The translations under genes were made by a program, and so were the position numbers. 64,000 nt of DNA, from IMG/VR virus record IMGVR_UViG_3300028048_000097, positions 1 through 64,000 of that record; one strand, 5' to 3'. Below the pieces are notes generated by a model. That model made no database searches. It was not told the origin of the DNA and saw nothing but the letters and a program-made list of their open reading frames with translations. Each line of letters starts with the position of its first letter. The stretch's first letter is position 1. Shown here in pieces: positions 62,262 to 64,000 of this stretch. This stretch comes from a virus (lineage: Duplodnaviria > Caudoviricetes).

Positions 62262-64000
62262 ATGAGAATAAAAAAGTATCAAAGTGGAGGTATAGCATAT
62301 CTTCCAACTGTAAATAGATTTCTAGAAGGGGCTGCACAAACTGCGGCCTCTTCTTCTAATTCTAGTTCAGAATCTAGTAAAGTACCTGGATTTGCTAAAG
62401 AAATTATATCTTTAATAAAAGAGAATGGTATTGAAAGTGATGTTGATGTATTTTTAAATAGTTTGCAAAGAACATTAGATGTTGCTGGAGATCCTAGTGG
62501 TGAAAATTTAAGTATGCGTGATATCTTAAGAGTACTTAAAGATGTTAATAGAGTAAAACAGAATCATGCTCAATACGTAACAGCTGAAAAATCTCTTGAG
62601 GCACAAGATGCATGAGCAGAACCTGCTACTGATGCAAGAGGTTATTTATATGTAATGGATAGTGATAGAAATGTATCTAAGATTCATCCATCTCAATATG
62701 ATCCAGAAAAATATGTATCGTTGACAAATCTTGATTTAATGCACATTCGTCAAATCGATCCTAGTAAAGCATACGATAGTGAAATATTGAAAAATCTTAG
62801 CTCTGCTGTTGGCATGAAAACTATTAGTGATTATGCTAGAAGTGTAATTAAGGATTTTGGTAAAACTGATATTACCGGATATAGTGAGAAAACTGCTGGT
62901 AAAATTAAATCTGGTATGGATAAAATAGTTGGATATGGTTATGATGAACTAAGTAAATTGTTGTTTGGCGGACCAGATGGAGTTTATAAAACAAATAAAC
63001 AAGCTACTATAGCTGACGAAGATATCAGATTAGCGCTTGATTATCTTAAATCCAGTTTACCTAATAGTTTTCGTAATACATTAAATGCTAAAGCTACTGC
63101 TGAAGGATATAATCCTGATTTAATGCTTATTACTATGTTAAGAGCGGATACTGATAGAAAAATTAGTGTTGATTATGACAAAACTGCTAGTGCAGATGCT
63201 GGTGTTGGTGGAGCTGGAGCTAAGGCGGCAGAAGAAAAATTGAATGATCATGATACTTATTTGATGCGTATTGCTACAGGTGGTATTCCTGAAGTAACAA
63301 TGATTGCTCAAAATCCAGATAGACCGATGGATACAGCTGCAATGTATGCAATAGCATCTAAAGTAGGGCCACTAGTTGACAAAAACGGTAAACAACTACA
63401 AATAGGAAATCTAAACACAATTATTGAAAATTTAACAGCAGCAGAAGCAGCTAATTCAAAGGATATAACATTTGGAGATCAGCTATTAAATTTAGGGGAG
63501 CGTGGAGCTATTATTTGAGACGGAGAAAGTCAATTAACAGACATTTGATTACCTTATACAACAGAAGGTGGACGAATTAAACCTGATTTTAGTAAGCTAC
63601 AAAGGCTAAATGAATACACTGAAGCTGTAAATCCAAATATGTCTACTTTAGAAAAAATGAATCTTATGAGAGCTAAAGGTTTGAATCCTGAAGAACTTAA
63701 ATATGATCCTGAACATAATATTTGGACTTTCAAAGAATCATCTATGAAATTATTTTTAACATTTAGTGGTATAGCTAGTAGTAACAATATTGACTTTACT
63801 GATAATACTAAAAAGATGATCCAGCAGCTTAATCCAGATGAAAGTAAACATTTAGTACAACTTTACAATAATGCTGTAAAATATAACACTATTTCAAGAT
63901 CTAAATCTACTAAAGCCGTTAATACTTCTTTTGGTAAAGGAAAAGATGACAGATGATGGCGTAGTGGGAATCTTTATAGAAGTACAGTATATATGCCAAT
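62262..64000 (+). CDS. Putative cargo/ejection protein, 3' truncated by the window; TGA=Trp
   Basis: Fragments 62262, 62655 and 63639 are in one frame. Starts MRIKKYQSGG. Confidence 0.7.

Noticed and set aside
1-64000. Widespread pseudogenisation or frameshift errors suggested by the fragmented ORF track
   Set aside because: The fragments stay in the same frame and are separated by TGA at Trp-like positions. Recoding explains the pattern.
1-64000. TAG reassignment
   Set aside because: TAG occurs at sensible gene ends immediately before the next start (41451, 43104, 45765, 53390, 56311, 57647), so it remains a stop.
1-64000. CRISPR array, tRNA (including a UGA suppressor) or diversity-generating retroelement
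   Set aside because: I saw no regularly spaced repeats, cloverleaf, reverse transcriptase or TR/VR pair by eye. tRNAscan-SE and a repeat search would be needed to exclude them formally.

Overview
This window is the virion (structural) module of a crAss-like Bacteroidota phage (Crassvirales-type gene order), encoded almost entirely on the + strand. The ORF track looks fragmented because the genome reads TGA as Trp (code 4-like). Consecutive fragments share a frame, are joined by in-frame TGAs at Trp-like positions, and true ends are TAA or TAG. With that code the window reads: terminase large subunit (3' part); portal split by a group I intron; a ~1500-aa lamin-tail/metallophosphoesterase protein; a ~2580-aa CotH-like kinase/LRR protein; several tail-fibre or receptor-binding proteins (one ending in an alpha/beta-hydrolase); a promoter- and terminator-bounded six-gene cassette of unknown function; membrane and lysis-like genes; more fibre/BACON proteins; a capsid operon whose major capsid gene has two group I introns; ring, IHF-like and muzzle (stabilization) proteins; three free-standing homing-type endonucleases; and large cargo/ejection-like proteins. 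The most notable observations are (1) an adjacent giant kinase + phosphatase pair in the virion module, (2) a portal group I intron that appears to end in A rather than the canonical omega-G, (3) a TGA/TGG split that leaves the capsid operon code-neutral, (4) the six-gene cassette with Shine-Dalgarno sites and an HExxH protein, (5) a mirror-symmetric hairpin fibre, (6) a 16-bp duplication flanking a free-standing GIY-YIG gene, and (7) a recurring K-x-x-x-GG motif in cargo proteins. All coordinates were derived by hand. The long read-through ORFs were checked by frame arithmetic and spot translation, not by exhaustive translation. Family calls come from motif recognition, and no database searches were run.
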